This document shows positions 38,175-49,485 of a DNA stretch of 64,000 nt, piece by piece; position 1 is the first letter of the stretch, and every line of letters starts with the position of its first letter. The position numbers and the translations under genes are program-made. This DNA comes from Malacoraja senta (Eukaryota), in NCBI GenBank assembly GCA_038087875.1, contig CM075993.1:10108001-10172000 (forward strand), read 5' to 3'. The notes under the pieces were generated by a model that worked only from the letters and a program-made list of their open reading frames with translations, was not told the DNA's origin and ran no database searches.

Positions 38175-38472
38175 TCCTTCTTCAGACAGAGTCAGGGGAA
38201 AGGGAAACGAGAGATATAGATGGTGATATAGAGAGATATAGAATAAATGATGAAGGATATGTGAGAAAGGGAACGATGATAATGGAGACAATCCACTGTT
38301 AGCTGTGGACTAGGTGAAAACAAGTTACAGACAGTGAGACTCAACAAGTTGATAGTTGATAGTTATATGACTTGGTTTATTTGAGCAAGTGTGGGATCAA
38401 GGAGCCCCAATAAAACTGAACTTAAAGGGATTCAAGAATAAAATTCACTAATGGTTCAGTCATGGCCCGCAC

Positions 38473-39061
38473 AAAGGAAGTGTGGAAGAAAGAAGCGTGC
38501 AAGAAGGAAGCGTGCAAGGAAGCGTGCAAGGAAGCATGCAAGGAGGAAGCGTGCAAGACGGAAGTGTGCACGGCGGAAGCGTGCAAAGACGGAAGTGTAC
38601 AAGAAGGAAGTGTGCAAGGAAGCATGCAAGAAGGAAGCGTGCAAGAAGGACGCGTGCAAGAAGGAAGCGTGCAAGAAGGAAGCGTGCAAGACGGAAGTGT
38701 GCAAGAAGGGAGCGTGCAAGAAGGAATCGTGCAAGAAGGAAGCGTGCAAGACGGAAGTGTGCAAGAAGGACGCTGCAAGAAGGAAGCGTGCAAGAAGGAC
38801 GCGTGCAAGAAGGACGCGTGCAAGAAGGAAGCGTGCAAGACGGAAGCGTGCAAGAAGGAAGCATGCAAGACGGAAGTGTACAAGAAGGAAGTGTACAAGA
38901 AGGAAGTGTACAAGAAGGAAGTGTGCAAGAAGGAAGTGTGCAAGAAGGAAGCGTGCAAGACGGAAGCGTGCAAGAAGGAAGCGTGCAAGACGGAAGTGTG
39001 CAAGAAGGAAGCGTGCAAGAAGGAAGCATGCAAGACGGAAGTGTACAAGAAGGAAGCGTGC
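38473..39061. repeat. 15-bp minisatellite (AAGAAGGAAGCGTGC)n, about 39 units
   Basis: Direct tandem units with point variants and a few 12-bp units. Confidence 0.95.
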
Positions 39062-39390
39062 AAGGAGGAACTGCAGATGCTGGTTTAAACCGAAGATAGA
39101 CTGGAGTAACTCAGCGGGACGGGCAGCATCTCTGGAGAGAAGGAATAGATTACATTAGATGTCGACCCTTCATCGGATTGGGAGTCGGGGGAGGGGAAAC
39201 TAGAGGGATGGGAAGGTCCAGAACAAAGCAGTGATCGGTGCCAGCTCTGATCTGTTCTGTACCGTTCCATACCTCTAGTTTCCCTTTCCCCTGAACTTCA
39301 GTCCGATGAAGGGCTCGACCCCAAACGTCACCTATTCCTTTTCTCCAGAGATGCTGCCTGAGCCGCTGAGTTACTCCAGTTTTTTTCCTG
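39062..39390. mobile_element. Penelope-derived fold-back abutting the 15-bp satellite
   Basis: Inverted arms. Confidence 0.8.
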
Positions 39391-39595
39391 CACAAAGTAA
39401 GATACTTGTAACTGCTGGTGGTCGATATGTTCGGCTACAGGTCCACAGAGTATATGTGAGGTGCAACTAAAAACTTGGATTGTTTTTTCTGGACCGGAGG
39501 CCAAGTGGAAACCTGAAAGAAGTTTATAAAATTATGGGAGGCGTAGATGTAGTAGACAGTCAGAGCCTTATTCCCCAGGGCGAAAATGTCAAATA

Positions 39596-39880
39596 TGGTG
39601 CGGTAGTGCAACGGTAGAATTGCTGCCTCACAGCGCCAGAGACCGATCCTGACTACGGTGCTGTCTGTACAGAGTCTGTACATTCTCGCAGTGACCTGCG
39701 TGGGTTTTCTCCAGGAGCTCCAGTTTCCTCCCACACTGCAAAGACGTACAGGTTTGAAGGTTAATTGGCCTCGGTAAAATTGTAAATTGTCCCTGGTGCG
39801 TGTTAATGTGCGGGGATCACTGGTCGGCGCGGACTCGGTGGGCCGAAGGGCCAGTTTCCACGCTGTATCTAAACTCTGAA
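39596..39880 (+). mobile_element. HE1-type SINE
   Basis: Full copy. Confidence 0.85.
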
Positions 39881-39934
39881 CTACTGGTGATCAATATATT
39901 CAGTTATGCCGACTTTGTTCAGAGTTTATGTAAC

Positions 39935-40415
39935 TAATAAACTTTGATTGTTTTATCCTGGACTGGAGGCCAAGGGGAAAACCTGAAAGAGCTTTATAAA
40001 ATTATGGGAGGCATAGATAGGGTAGATATTCAGAGCATTTCCCATGGTGAAAAATGTCAAATACTAGTAGGGCATAGATTTGATGTGGGAGGACGAGGTG
40101 GTTTGTGAAGGAAGATTCTATTCGGGAAACACACGGAGGGATAGATGCCTGTAACACACAGAGGGATAGGTGCCTGTAACACACAGAGGGATAGTTGCCT
40201 GTAACACACAGAGGGATAGGTGCCTGTAACACACAGAGGGATAGATGCCTGTAACACACAGCCAGATGGTAGAAGCTGATTTAATAGCAATGTTTAAGAG
40301 GCATTTAGACAGGTCATTAGCAGGCAGGGGACAGAGGGATACGTATCATGTACAGGCAGATGGGATTATTTAGGCTGTCAGTGCAGACACTGCAGTACTA
40401 AGGCCTGTTCCTATC
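39935..40415 (+). mobile_element. Old CR1 fragment containing a 25-bp minisatellite
   Basis: Diverged CR1 3' sequence. Confidence 0.65.
40129..40260. repeat. 25-bp tandem x5 (ACACACAGAGGGATAG.TGCCTGTA), CR1-derived
   Basis: Five direct copies. Confidence 0.9.
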
Positions 40416-40459
40416 AATTCTGGGCACCAGCTTGTTCTCAACCCATATCGTTATCTATT

Positions 40460-40765
40460 AGGGGCAATACGGTGGCGCAGCGGTAGAGTTGCTGCCTCAC
40501 AGTGCTTAGCTTGCAGCGCTAGAGACCCGGATTCGATCCTGACTACGGGTGCTGTCTGTACGGAGATTGGGCGTTCTTCTCGTGGATTTTCTCCGAGGTC
40601 TTTGGTTTCCTCCCACACTCCAAAGACGTACAGGTTTGTAGGTGGATTTGTATACTTGGTATGCGTGTAAATTGTCCCTAGTGTGTGCAGTGGGATCGCT
40701 GGTCAGTGTGGACTTGGTGGGCCGAAGGGCCTGTTTCCGCACTGTATCTCTAAACTAGACTAAAT
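40460..40765 (+). mobile_element. HE1-type SINE
   Basis: Full copy. Confidence 0.85.
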
Positions 40766-41399
40766 ATCAAGGATACAGACTTGCTATTGCATTCCCTCGA
40801 AGGCAGGGAGATTCTTACGTGGGTATACAATGCAGAAAAAGTAGAAGGAAGAGAGATCTACTTCCACATCAGGAAGGTACAAGGCTTGGAGAAGAACCTG
40901 CAGGAAATGGTGCTTGGGGAGGAAGGAACTACAGATGCTGGTTTACACCGAAGATGGACACAAAATGCTGGAGTAACTCAGGCAGCATCTCTGGAAAGAA
41001 GGAATGGGTGACATTTCGGGTCGAGACCCTTCTTTTCCATAAGTTAAGAATTGGGCCATTTGGCCCATCATTCACTCATGGCTGATCTATCTTTCCCTCT
41101 CAATAACCCCATTCTCCTGCTTTCTCCCCATAACCCCATGTACCGGGAATGGTCCTTTTATGCAGTAGAGTTGCTTGGTTTGGGAGGCACCTGGGGACAT
41201 GATTACTGTTTATTTTGTAGACAGTCTACGGCACTGCAGCCAATGTGCACGCTGGTGGAGTGAGAGGATGTTGGATGGGTGCCCAACAAGTGGGTCATTG
41301 TCCTGAATGACACCCAATGTTCCAACCGCACACATCCTGTAGGTAGACATCTCATTGTTATGCTCCCAACTGGTGTCTTGTTGATGGTGGAAAAGCTTT

Positions 41400-41586
41400 G
41401 ATCTGGTATTTTGTTGGTTCACATGCTTGATCAATGGTGTTTTACCATTAATGTCCTATTATTATTAATGTTTAGTGTTTTCTGAGATTCGTAAACTGTC
41501 ACTGTATGTCATGTTGTCACTTGTGGGCGGAGCACCAAGGCAAATTCCTTGTATGTGAATACCTGGCCAATAAACCTACTTACTTA
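41400..41586 (+). mobile_element. LINE 3' UTR fragment with AATAAA and (CTTA)n tail (copy 1)
   Basis: Near-identical to 61352-61540. Confidence 0.7.
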
Positions 41587-41749
41587 GGGGAACATCAGGG
41601 TGGTTGAGGCTGATACGATGGTGGTGTGTAAGAGACTTTTGGATAGGCACGTGGAAATGCAGGGATTGAAGAGATACGAGTTACGTGCAGGCAGATAGGA
41701 GTTTAGTTTAACTCTTCGATTTACAGCTCCTTTCGACACAAGAGTTTAG

Positions 41750-42258
41750 TTCAAGAAGGAACTGCAGATGCTGGAAAATCGAAGGTAGTCAAAAATGCTG
41801 GAGAAACTCGGCGGGTGCAGCAGCATCTATGGAGCGAAGGAAATAGGCAACGTTTCGGCCCGAAACCCTTCCGGGTTTCGTCCCAAAACGTTGCCTATTT
41901 CCTTCAGGGTTTTCGGCCCGAAACGTTGCCTATTTCCTTCAGTGTTTTCGGCCCGAAACGTTGCCTATTTCCTTCAGGGTTTTCGGCCCGAAACGTTGCC
42001 TATTTCCTTCAGGGTTTTCGGCCCGAAACGTTGCCTATTTCCTTCAGTGTTTTCGGCCCGAAACGTTGCCTATTTCCTTCAGGGTTTTCGGCCCGAAACG
42101 TTGCCTATTTCATTCAGTGTTTTCGGCCCGAAACGTTGCCTATTTCCTTCAGGGTTTTCGGCCCGAAACGTTGCCTATTTCCTTCAGGGTTTTCGGCCCG
42201 AAACGTTGCCTATTTCCTTCGCTCCATAGATGCTGCCGCACCCGCTGAGTTTCCCCCA
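41750..42258. mobile_element. Penelope-derived fold-back, subfamily B, containing a 35-bp array
   Basis: Inverted arms flank the array. Confidence 0.85.
41873..42220. repeat. 35-bp tandem array x10 (G[G/T]GTTTTCGGCCCGAAACGTTGCCTATTTCCTTCA)
   Basis: Head-to-tail units without spacers. Confidence 0.95.
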
Positions 42259-42259
42259 G

Positions 42260-42690
42260 TGTTTAGTTTAGTTTGTTTTATTGTCACGTGTGCAGAGGTA
42301 CACAGAAAAGCTTTTGTTGCGTACTAACCAGCCAGCAGAATGGTAATACACAGTTATAATCGAGTCATTTACAGTGTATAGATACATGAGAAGGGAATTA
42401 GGTTTAGTGCAAGGTAAAGCCAGAAAAGTCCGATCAAAGGGTCTCCAATGAGGTAGATAGTAGTTCAGGACTGCACTCTACTTGTGGTAGGATGGATCAG
42501 TTTTAGCTGTTAACAGCTGGGAAGAAACTGTTCCCAAATATAGTGGCGTGTTTTCACCCTTCTGTATCTTTTACCTAAGAGGGGGAAGAGGGAGTGGCCA
42601 GGGTGCGACTGGTCCCTGATTATGCTGCTGGCCTTGCCGCGGCAGCGTGTGGCATAAATGGAGTCAATGGAATGGGAGGTTGGTTTGTGT
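42260..42690 (-). mobile_element. Rex1/Babar 3' fragment (third family)
   Basis: Minus strand encodes ..SIYATRCRGKASSIIRDQSHPGHS..; related 3' UTR pieces at about 6345-6490, 47585-47900 and 55545-56000. Confidence 0.7.
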
Positions 42691-43104
42691 GTTTGTTGGT
42701 TTGAGTTGACCTTGGCATCTTGTCCGGCACAGGCATGGTGGGCCGAAGGGCCTGTTCCTGTGCTGTACTATCCTACGTTCTATGCTATGCAGGGAATGGA
42801 GAGATATGGAGTCGGCCTTGGCATCTTGTCCGGCACAGACATTGTGGGCCGAAGGGCCTGTTCCCGTCCTGCACGGTTCTATGCTATAACTAGGAATTGT
42901 CACTCACCACAAGACCCCTGGCCTCCGAGCTCCTCACGCAGCCATTGCATTGTTGGGCCGGTCGAGTTCTGGTTACGGTGACCCGTTATTTCTGCTCCCG
43001 GTAAGTTCGGCATCAACATTCGGCGATCCTCCTCAACTCATTTACCTTTTGCCAGTTAACGGTTCGGCTTCTGGACTTGGTTTCCTGAAGCTCCCCATCC
43101 CTCC

Positions 43105-43420
43105 TTTAGTTTAGTTTAGAGATACAGCGCGAAACAGGCCCTTCGGCCCACCGAGTCCGCACCGACCAGCGATCCCCGCACGCCAACACTATCTTACACC
43201 CACTAGGGACAATTTATACCTACACCAAGCCAATTAACCTACAAACCTGTACGTCTTTGGAGTATGGGAGGAAACTGAAGATCTCGGCAAAAATGCATGC
43301 AGGTCACGGGGAGAACGTACAAACTCCGTACAGACAGCACCCGCAGTCGGGATCGAACCAGGGTTTCTGGCGCTGCAAGCGCTGTAAGGTAACTCTACCG
43401 CTGTGCCATCGTGGCACCCT
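43105..43420 (-). mobile_element. HE1-type SINE
   Basis: Full reverse-complement copy. Confidence 0.88.
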
Positions 43421-43754
43421 AAAGTTCCTAGAAAATACTCAGATTGATGCAAGGTCAATGACCCAAAACGTCACCTATCCACGTTCTCCAGAGATGCTGC
43501 CTGACCCACTGAGTTACTCCAGCATATGTTTTTTTAAGGGGAGGAGAAAAAGCTGAAGAGAGATGGGTTGGAACAAAGTCTGGCAAGTGGTGTGTACATA
43601 CAGATGAGGGGTTTGTTTGTCAGATGGGTGGAGTAAGTGACAAATTCTAGAGGTGGAAAGGAGACAGATGGGTGTCAGATAATGAGAGAATATGAGAAAT
43701 GAAATGTAAAGCTGGAAGGTTTCCACATGCAGCCTTTGTCACTTACTCCACCCA

Positions 43755-44145
43755 GAGTCATAGAGTGATACAGTGTGGAAACCCACTCCCCTTTGTGTGA
43801 AAAAGTTACCCCTCAGATTCCTGTTAAATCTTTTCCCCTTCACCTTAAACCTATGTTCACCAGTCCTCGATCCCCCTACTCTGGGCAAGAGACTCTGTGC
43901 ATCTACCCGATCTATTCCTCTCACGATTTTATACACCTCTATAAGATCACCCCACATCCTCCTGCGCTCCTGGGAATAGTCCCAGCCCACTCAACCTCTC
44001 CCTGTAGCTCGCACCTTCTAGTCCAGGCAACCTCCATGTAAATTTGGATTTCCAGCTTAACATCTTTCCTATAAATCGTTCGCAGAACTGATCATACTCA
44101 CTCTATAAACACGGCTTCACCAACTGCAACATGAGCTCCCAGCTT
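43755..44145 (-). mobile_element. CR1 fragment
   Basis: RRRMWGDLIEVYKIVRGIDRVDAQS. Confidence 0.85.
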
Positions 44146-44929
44146 ACAATCTTTTGTCTGGCAGAACTTGTCACAACAACTTCTCCCACCACGAGTCACA
44201 TCTTCCCTCCACAACTCCTTGTTCACTCATCCATTCCCACCCAAACCACCCCCTCCCCAGGTACTTTCCCCTGTTCTCGGAGAAAACCCACGGGGTCACG
44301 GGTATGCTAGCGCTGTAAGGCAGCAACTCTACCGCTGCGCCACCCTAAACTTAATGGGATAATAATAACCGTGGGATATTAATTAGTTCGATGCTGACGC
44401 TGGGATGAGAGATGCCAGAATGTCAATAGTTCTCCAACACAATTGAAATATTCTAGAAATTTTATTTGAGCAACACTTATTAACCCAAGTCGTTATTTTT
44501 GATACAAGGCGTATAGACCATGAGAATGGAAATGAAAAATTGTAGATCAGGAAATCAGTCATTAATTCAAGATATGAACGGCAAATGTTTAACTTCCTTC
44601 ATCAGCTTTGGAAAGGACATGGTTTAGAAATGTTTCAGCTCTGTACAATGGGGGGATGAGAACACTTATGACCCTATGTCACGTATTAACAAAGCCCAAA
44701 TCATAGAGAGCAAAGTATTTTGTTTGCCAAGGCGCCATCTACACCAGCTACACCAAGCACAAATACTCACACTGACCCTCCGCTCACAGTCAATTCATCA
44801 CGATGGGAGCAACCCTTCATCACGATGGGATCAACCCCACACAGACATCCTGAAGGAAGCAGCTTCCCAGCTCAGCTCCGGCCAAACCTGCTCCCAAATT
44901 CCACTAATTTCTTAATTGTTTTACTTTTG

Positions 44930-45271
44930 CGGGCGGTGCCAGTGATGGCTGCCTCGCCTACAGTCTGTCTGTCCCTTCCTTCTTTGCTGTTTCTATAGTG
45001 TGTTAAATGTATGTTTTTAGTGTTCTTTAGCTTGTTTTATGTGGGGGGCAGTGTTGGGGGAAACTTTTTTTAATCTCTTACCTTGACGGAGACGCGATTT
45101 TTTTCCGTATCACATCTCCGCCCGCACGCTGCCTAACATCGAGGAGCTGGCGGCCAATGCTGGAGCCCGACTTCGGGAAGCTCCAACTGCGGGACTTTAA
45201 CATCGTGAGCTGGCGATCCCTTTGCTAGGGAATGAACTTTGAGCTCCAACCGCGGGAGCCTGCGGACTTTA
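44930..45271 (+). repeat. Unclassified interspersed repeat (host of the L1 fragment)
   Basis: Internal repeats ctccaac.gcgggac/gcggacttta and a mixed GC/T-rich structure typical of retroelement ends. Confidence 0.4.
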
Positions 45272-45647
45272 TTTTATTTTTTCCTTTTTTTTTTTTCCAT
45301 TCAATACAAGTTTTATTATCTATTTATTTTAATTTTTTTATAGATAGGAAGGAGGAAAAAAAACGATAAAAAAACAGAATATATTACCAATAATACAACT
45401 TTGGAGATGGGTCTGTAGATTATATACTATTCATGTAATTGTATAGAAGGAGAAAAAAAAACGATTAAAAAAATAGAATAAATGACCAATAATACAACTT
45501 TGGAGATGGGTCTGTAGATTATATACTATTCATGTAATCCTGGGTTCAAGTTTCAGTCAGGCTTCCGTGCCGGAACAATTTACCCTTTCAGAAAATCAAT
45601 AAATGGAAACCATATTCTAGCAAATAATTCTTGTTTGTCAATTAAGA
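45272..45647 (-). mobile_element. L1 3' fragment with poly(A), 15-bp TSD and an internal ~97-bp tandem duplication
   Basis: LIDKQELFARIWFPFIDFLKG* on the minus strand; TSD agcctgcggacttta at 45257-45271 and 45648-45662. Confidence 0.85.
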
Positions 45648-46237
45648 AGCCTGCGGACTTTAACCGTGGATATTCAGGGTCCAACCTTTATTGACCATCT
45701 GCAATTATCCTTGAATTGACTGGACCGTTCACCTCTGAGCCTTCATGACATGTTTCACAAGAGGCATTTAAAATTGAAAGGACATTTAATAGAGACATTC
45801 AAACTTCATTGCATCTTTTAAATAAATTCTGATGAAATTCTGACACAATCGAGCAAAGAAATAGTTTAGAATAATATTGAATAAGTAATTGGAATATTTA
45901 TTCCGAAGGTCCGACGGCCCGCAGTGGGTGGGTGGGGGGGGGCGCTGAGAGAGTAATGAGGTACCCACCATTGGGGGGTGGGGGAGGGGGGGGCTGAGAG
46001 AACCATTGGAGACCACAGTGAACACTCTGTAACTTTGACTCCTTGCATACATTGTGTATGGAATGCAAAACAAAGACTTTCACCGTGTCATGACACAAGT
46101 GTTGATAGAGTCTGAAGAAGGGTCTCGACCCAAAACGTCACCTATTTCCTTCGCTCCATAGATGCTGCCTCACCCGCTGAGTTTCTCCAGCATTTTTGTC
46201 TACCTTCAATTTTTCCAGCAACTGCAGTTCTTTCTTA

Positions 46238-46558
46238 AAGCCCTGTCCCACGGTACGAGTTCATTCAAAGAGCTCTCCCGAGTTTGCCCTGATTCGAACT
46301 CGGAGATTTACGGTAATGGCCGTTCGTCGGTACTCGGGTCTCTCGTGGACATTTTTCAACTTGTTGAAAAATCTTCACGAGTCTTCCCGAGCTTACCTGC
46401 CGTTAGCGAGTCTTCCCGAGTACCTGCCGTTAGCGCTAAGAGACGTCCCCGAGCTCCGACGTACCCGCTTCGTTGATTCTCCGTGCTTACCACGAGTTTG
46501 ATTTTTTTTTAAACTCGGGAGAGCTCTTGGAATGAACTTGTACCGTGGGACAGGGCTT
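46238..46558. mobile_element. PIF/Harbinger-type MITE (same family as 11992-12311)
   Basis: TIRs and TTA TSD; inserted in the TTA at the end of a Penelope B arm (compare intact ttcttaaaca at 30251-30260). Confidence 0.88.
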
Positions 46559-47261
46559 TTAAACATAAAGTATTAATTAATCAATTGAATAGGAGCAAAT
46601 GGATTTGGAAAATGTCATGGGCTTGGATCAGAGTGGATAACATCAAGAACGATGCTAGCATGGAGAAAGATAGCATCAAACTACCAGATGCAAGATAATA
46701 ACTGAAGCTGTGGTCTGGACTTTGTCTGTACATCAGACCAATCACTGGGATCATCAGTGTATTTGCTTCACCACAATCGTGTTATATAATTACAGTCATA
46801 GAGTGAAACGCCGTGGAAACAGGCCCGTCAGCCCAACTTGCCCGCATCGGCCAACATGTCCCAGCTACACGTCCCACATGCCCACATTTGGTCCATATCC
46901 CTCCAAACCGGTCCTATTCATGTACCTGTCTAACGGTTTTTAAATGTTGGGATAGTCCTTGCCTCAACTACCTCCTTTCATACACCCACCACCCTTTGTT
47001 TGAACAGCAGTAGTGCAGTTTTACAAAATATGTCAAATGAAAACAGGTATAAAAATAGAATGTATGTTCTGTTAAAAAGTGTAAGGCCGAGCCCCTTGAT
47101 TATACTGACCTTGTGAAAACCAATAGACTTTTATTTGTGGCCAAGATACTTTTGTGCAACAGATGTTTAAGCAGCGATTCAACTTCTGTTCAAAGTAAGT
47201 GGCTGAGGTTTGGCAAAAGTTTAAGGAAAATATTTGTTGCAAAATACAAACCTTACAAGAA

Positions 47262-47450
47262 GATCGACACAAAAAGCTGGAGTAACTCGGGACAGGCAGC
47301 ATCTCTGGAGAGAAGGAATGGCCGACCTTTCGGTTCGTGACCCTTATTCAGTCACCCATTCCTCCTCTCCAGAGATGCCGCCTGTCCTGCTGAGTTACTC
47401 CAGCATTTTGTGTCTGGTTTAAACCAGCATCTGCAGTTCCTTCCTACACA
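47262..47450. mobile_element. Penelope-derived fold-back, subfamily A
   Basis: Inverted arms. Confidence 0.8.
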
Positions 47451-47659
47451 AATATTACAAGACCATACCAGATTCCATTTAAAACTTTCAAAGGACACTA
47501 TATACAATAATAGAACCTCATAAAGATTTTCAAGAATTTGATTTCCCATTTATTGCCTGTGCAGGAGGCTGAGGGGCGAACTTAGTTTAGTATATGGTCA
47601 CGTGTATCGAGGTGCAGTGGAAAGCTTTTGTTGCATGCTAACCAATCAGTGGAAAGCCA

Positions 47660-48230
47660 AATCACTGGATGGATTTAAAAGAGAGCTAGATAGAGCTCTA
47701 GGGGCTAGTGTAACCAAGGGATAATGGGAGAAAGCAGGCACGGGTTATTGATTGGGGACGATCAGCCATGATCACAATGAATGGCGGTGCTGCCCCGAAG
47801 GGCCTCCTCCTGCACCTATTTTCTATGTTTCTATGTTTCTACAATACATGATTACAATCGAGCCATTTACAGTGTACAGATATATGATAAGGGAATAACA
47901 TTTAGACGCAAACATCTCTTACAAAGGTATATAAAATCTTAAGGGTTATAAATAGTGAGAATACAAAGTCTTTTACCCAAAGTCGGGTAATCAAGAACCA
48001 GAGGGCATAGGTTTAAGGCGAGAGGGAAAAGATTTCATGGGAATCCAGAGGGCAGTTTTTCTCACACAGAGGGTGGTGGGTATATGGAATAACCTGCCAG
48101 AGCAGGCAATTGAGGCAGGTGCGATAACAGCATTTAAAACATTTGGACAGGTACATTGTTTGGAAGCGGTTAGAGGGATATGGGAGAAATACAAGCAGGT
48201 TGAACTAGTGTAGATTGGGCATCTTAGACG
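47660..48230 (+). mobile_element. Two CR1 3' fragments
   Basis: Homology to the other CR1 copies. Confidence 0.75.
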
Positions 48231-48289
48231 GCCACGAGTTGCAAGGGTGGTTTGTTTAAAGATGCTTCCAGCACCGTTGGAATCTTACT

Positions 48290-48673
48290 ACCGATGCACG
48301 CTGCCCTCGGGACAGCTGCTATGGAGAGGAGACGGTTGCCCACTTCTTCACAGTGTGTGGATTTGCGAAGAGGATCTGGAGAATGATGCAGGGTCCCTGT
48401 CAGGGTTCATCCCAAATAGCTCCGTCACAGAGGACTCTGTGATTTACGGACTATTCCCAGGGACACATCAGAGACTGACATCGAGTGCTGCTGGAAGGTC
48501 ATCAACTTGGTGAAAGACGCTCTTTGTTTGGCCCGAGCGTTGTTGACCTCCCAGCGGAGCAAGATGTCCATCAGGCAATGTTGCTGACTGGCCCGCTGTA
48601 GACTGCAGGAGTACGTGCTGAGGGACGCACTGAAGCTCAGTGCAGCCAACGCCAAGGCTCTGTGGGGGAGGGC
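48290..48673 (+). mobile_element. Tx1-like LINE ORF2 C-terminal fragment, runs into gap
   Basis: FIPNSSVTEDSVIYGLFPGTH..; LQEYVLRDALKL.AANAKALWG. Confidence 0.65.
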
Positions 48674-48873
48674 NNNNNNNNNNNNNNNNNNNNNNNNNNN
48701 NNNNNNNNNNNNNNNNNNNNNNNNNNNNNNNNNNNNNNNNNNNNNNNNNNNNNNNNNNNNNNNNNNNNNNNNNNNNNNNNNNNNNNNNNNNNNNNNNNNN
48801 NNNNNNNNNNNNNNNNNNNNNNNNNNNNNNNNNNNNNNNNNNNNNNNNNNNNNNNNNNNNNNNNNNNNNNNNN
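48674..48873. other. Assembly gap (200 N)
   Basis: Run of exactly 200 N. Confidence 0.99.
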
Positions 48874-49485
48874 AGTACTCATCACGTATATATTATTACA
48901 ATTAATGTACTCCGTCATTTTTTACACTAATAAAAAGGAAAGGTTAAGATTAAGAAAAAAGAGAAAGTGAAGGAAAATAGTGAAGGTGTAAAAACGTGAC
49001 AACAAGAAAGAACAGGGACCCTGTAGAAAAGAAATTAAAAAGAAAGAATTAAGAGATAGACCCTAAAGAAGAAGAAAAAAGAAAAAGAGAAAAAATAGAA
49101 AAACAAATACTTTGTTATAAGCATCACGCAAATGGGACATACCAACTCTCCAGCTTTCATCCCCCTTTACCTGACCTCAGTTTTTTAAAGTACTTTTGCA
49201 CCCTATACTTGTAATAATTCTATGAATGCAGACCAGGTCAGGTGGAAGTGATCTGGTTTACCTGCCAGGAGTCTTATCTCTTCCAGGTGTTATGTTTCAA
49301 ACATATTTGAAATCCACATGTTTATAGTTGGTATTGGAGCATTTTTCCAGAATTTTAGGATTAACTTTTTTCCAGTTATTAACCCATAGTCTATTCATTT
49401 CTTTTGAAACACATTTAGTTCAGGACTATCTTCCGTTGTTCCGAAGATAATCCATTCTGCTTTGGGTATCAGTTTTATTTTAATG
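48874..49485 (-). mobile_element. L1 3' fragment
   Basis: Reverse-complement homology to 37500-38150 (KKLILKFWKNAP.PTI.MW). Confidence 0.85.

Noticed and set aside
38422..39158. Six overlapping ORFs of 102-235 aa (KKEAC/QEGSV/RRKRA repeats) resembling protamine- or keratin-associated proteins
   Set aside because: A 15-bp stop-free satellite is open in all frames; there is no evidence of a gene.
41873..42220. CRISPR-like array of 35-bp repeats with a hairpin and GAAAC
   Set aside because: Units are head-to-tail with no unique spacers, no cas genes, vertebrate context; the unit derives from the Penelope arm.
42908..43019. Possible alternative exon on the minus strand (MLMPN..WLREELGGQGSC followed by GTGAGT), with EELG resembling the kinase start
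   Set aside because: Its phase-1 donor is incompatible with the phase-2 DAPK junction, and the similarity is only four residues.
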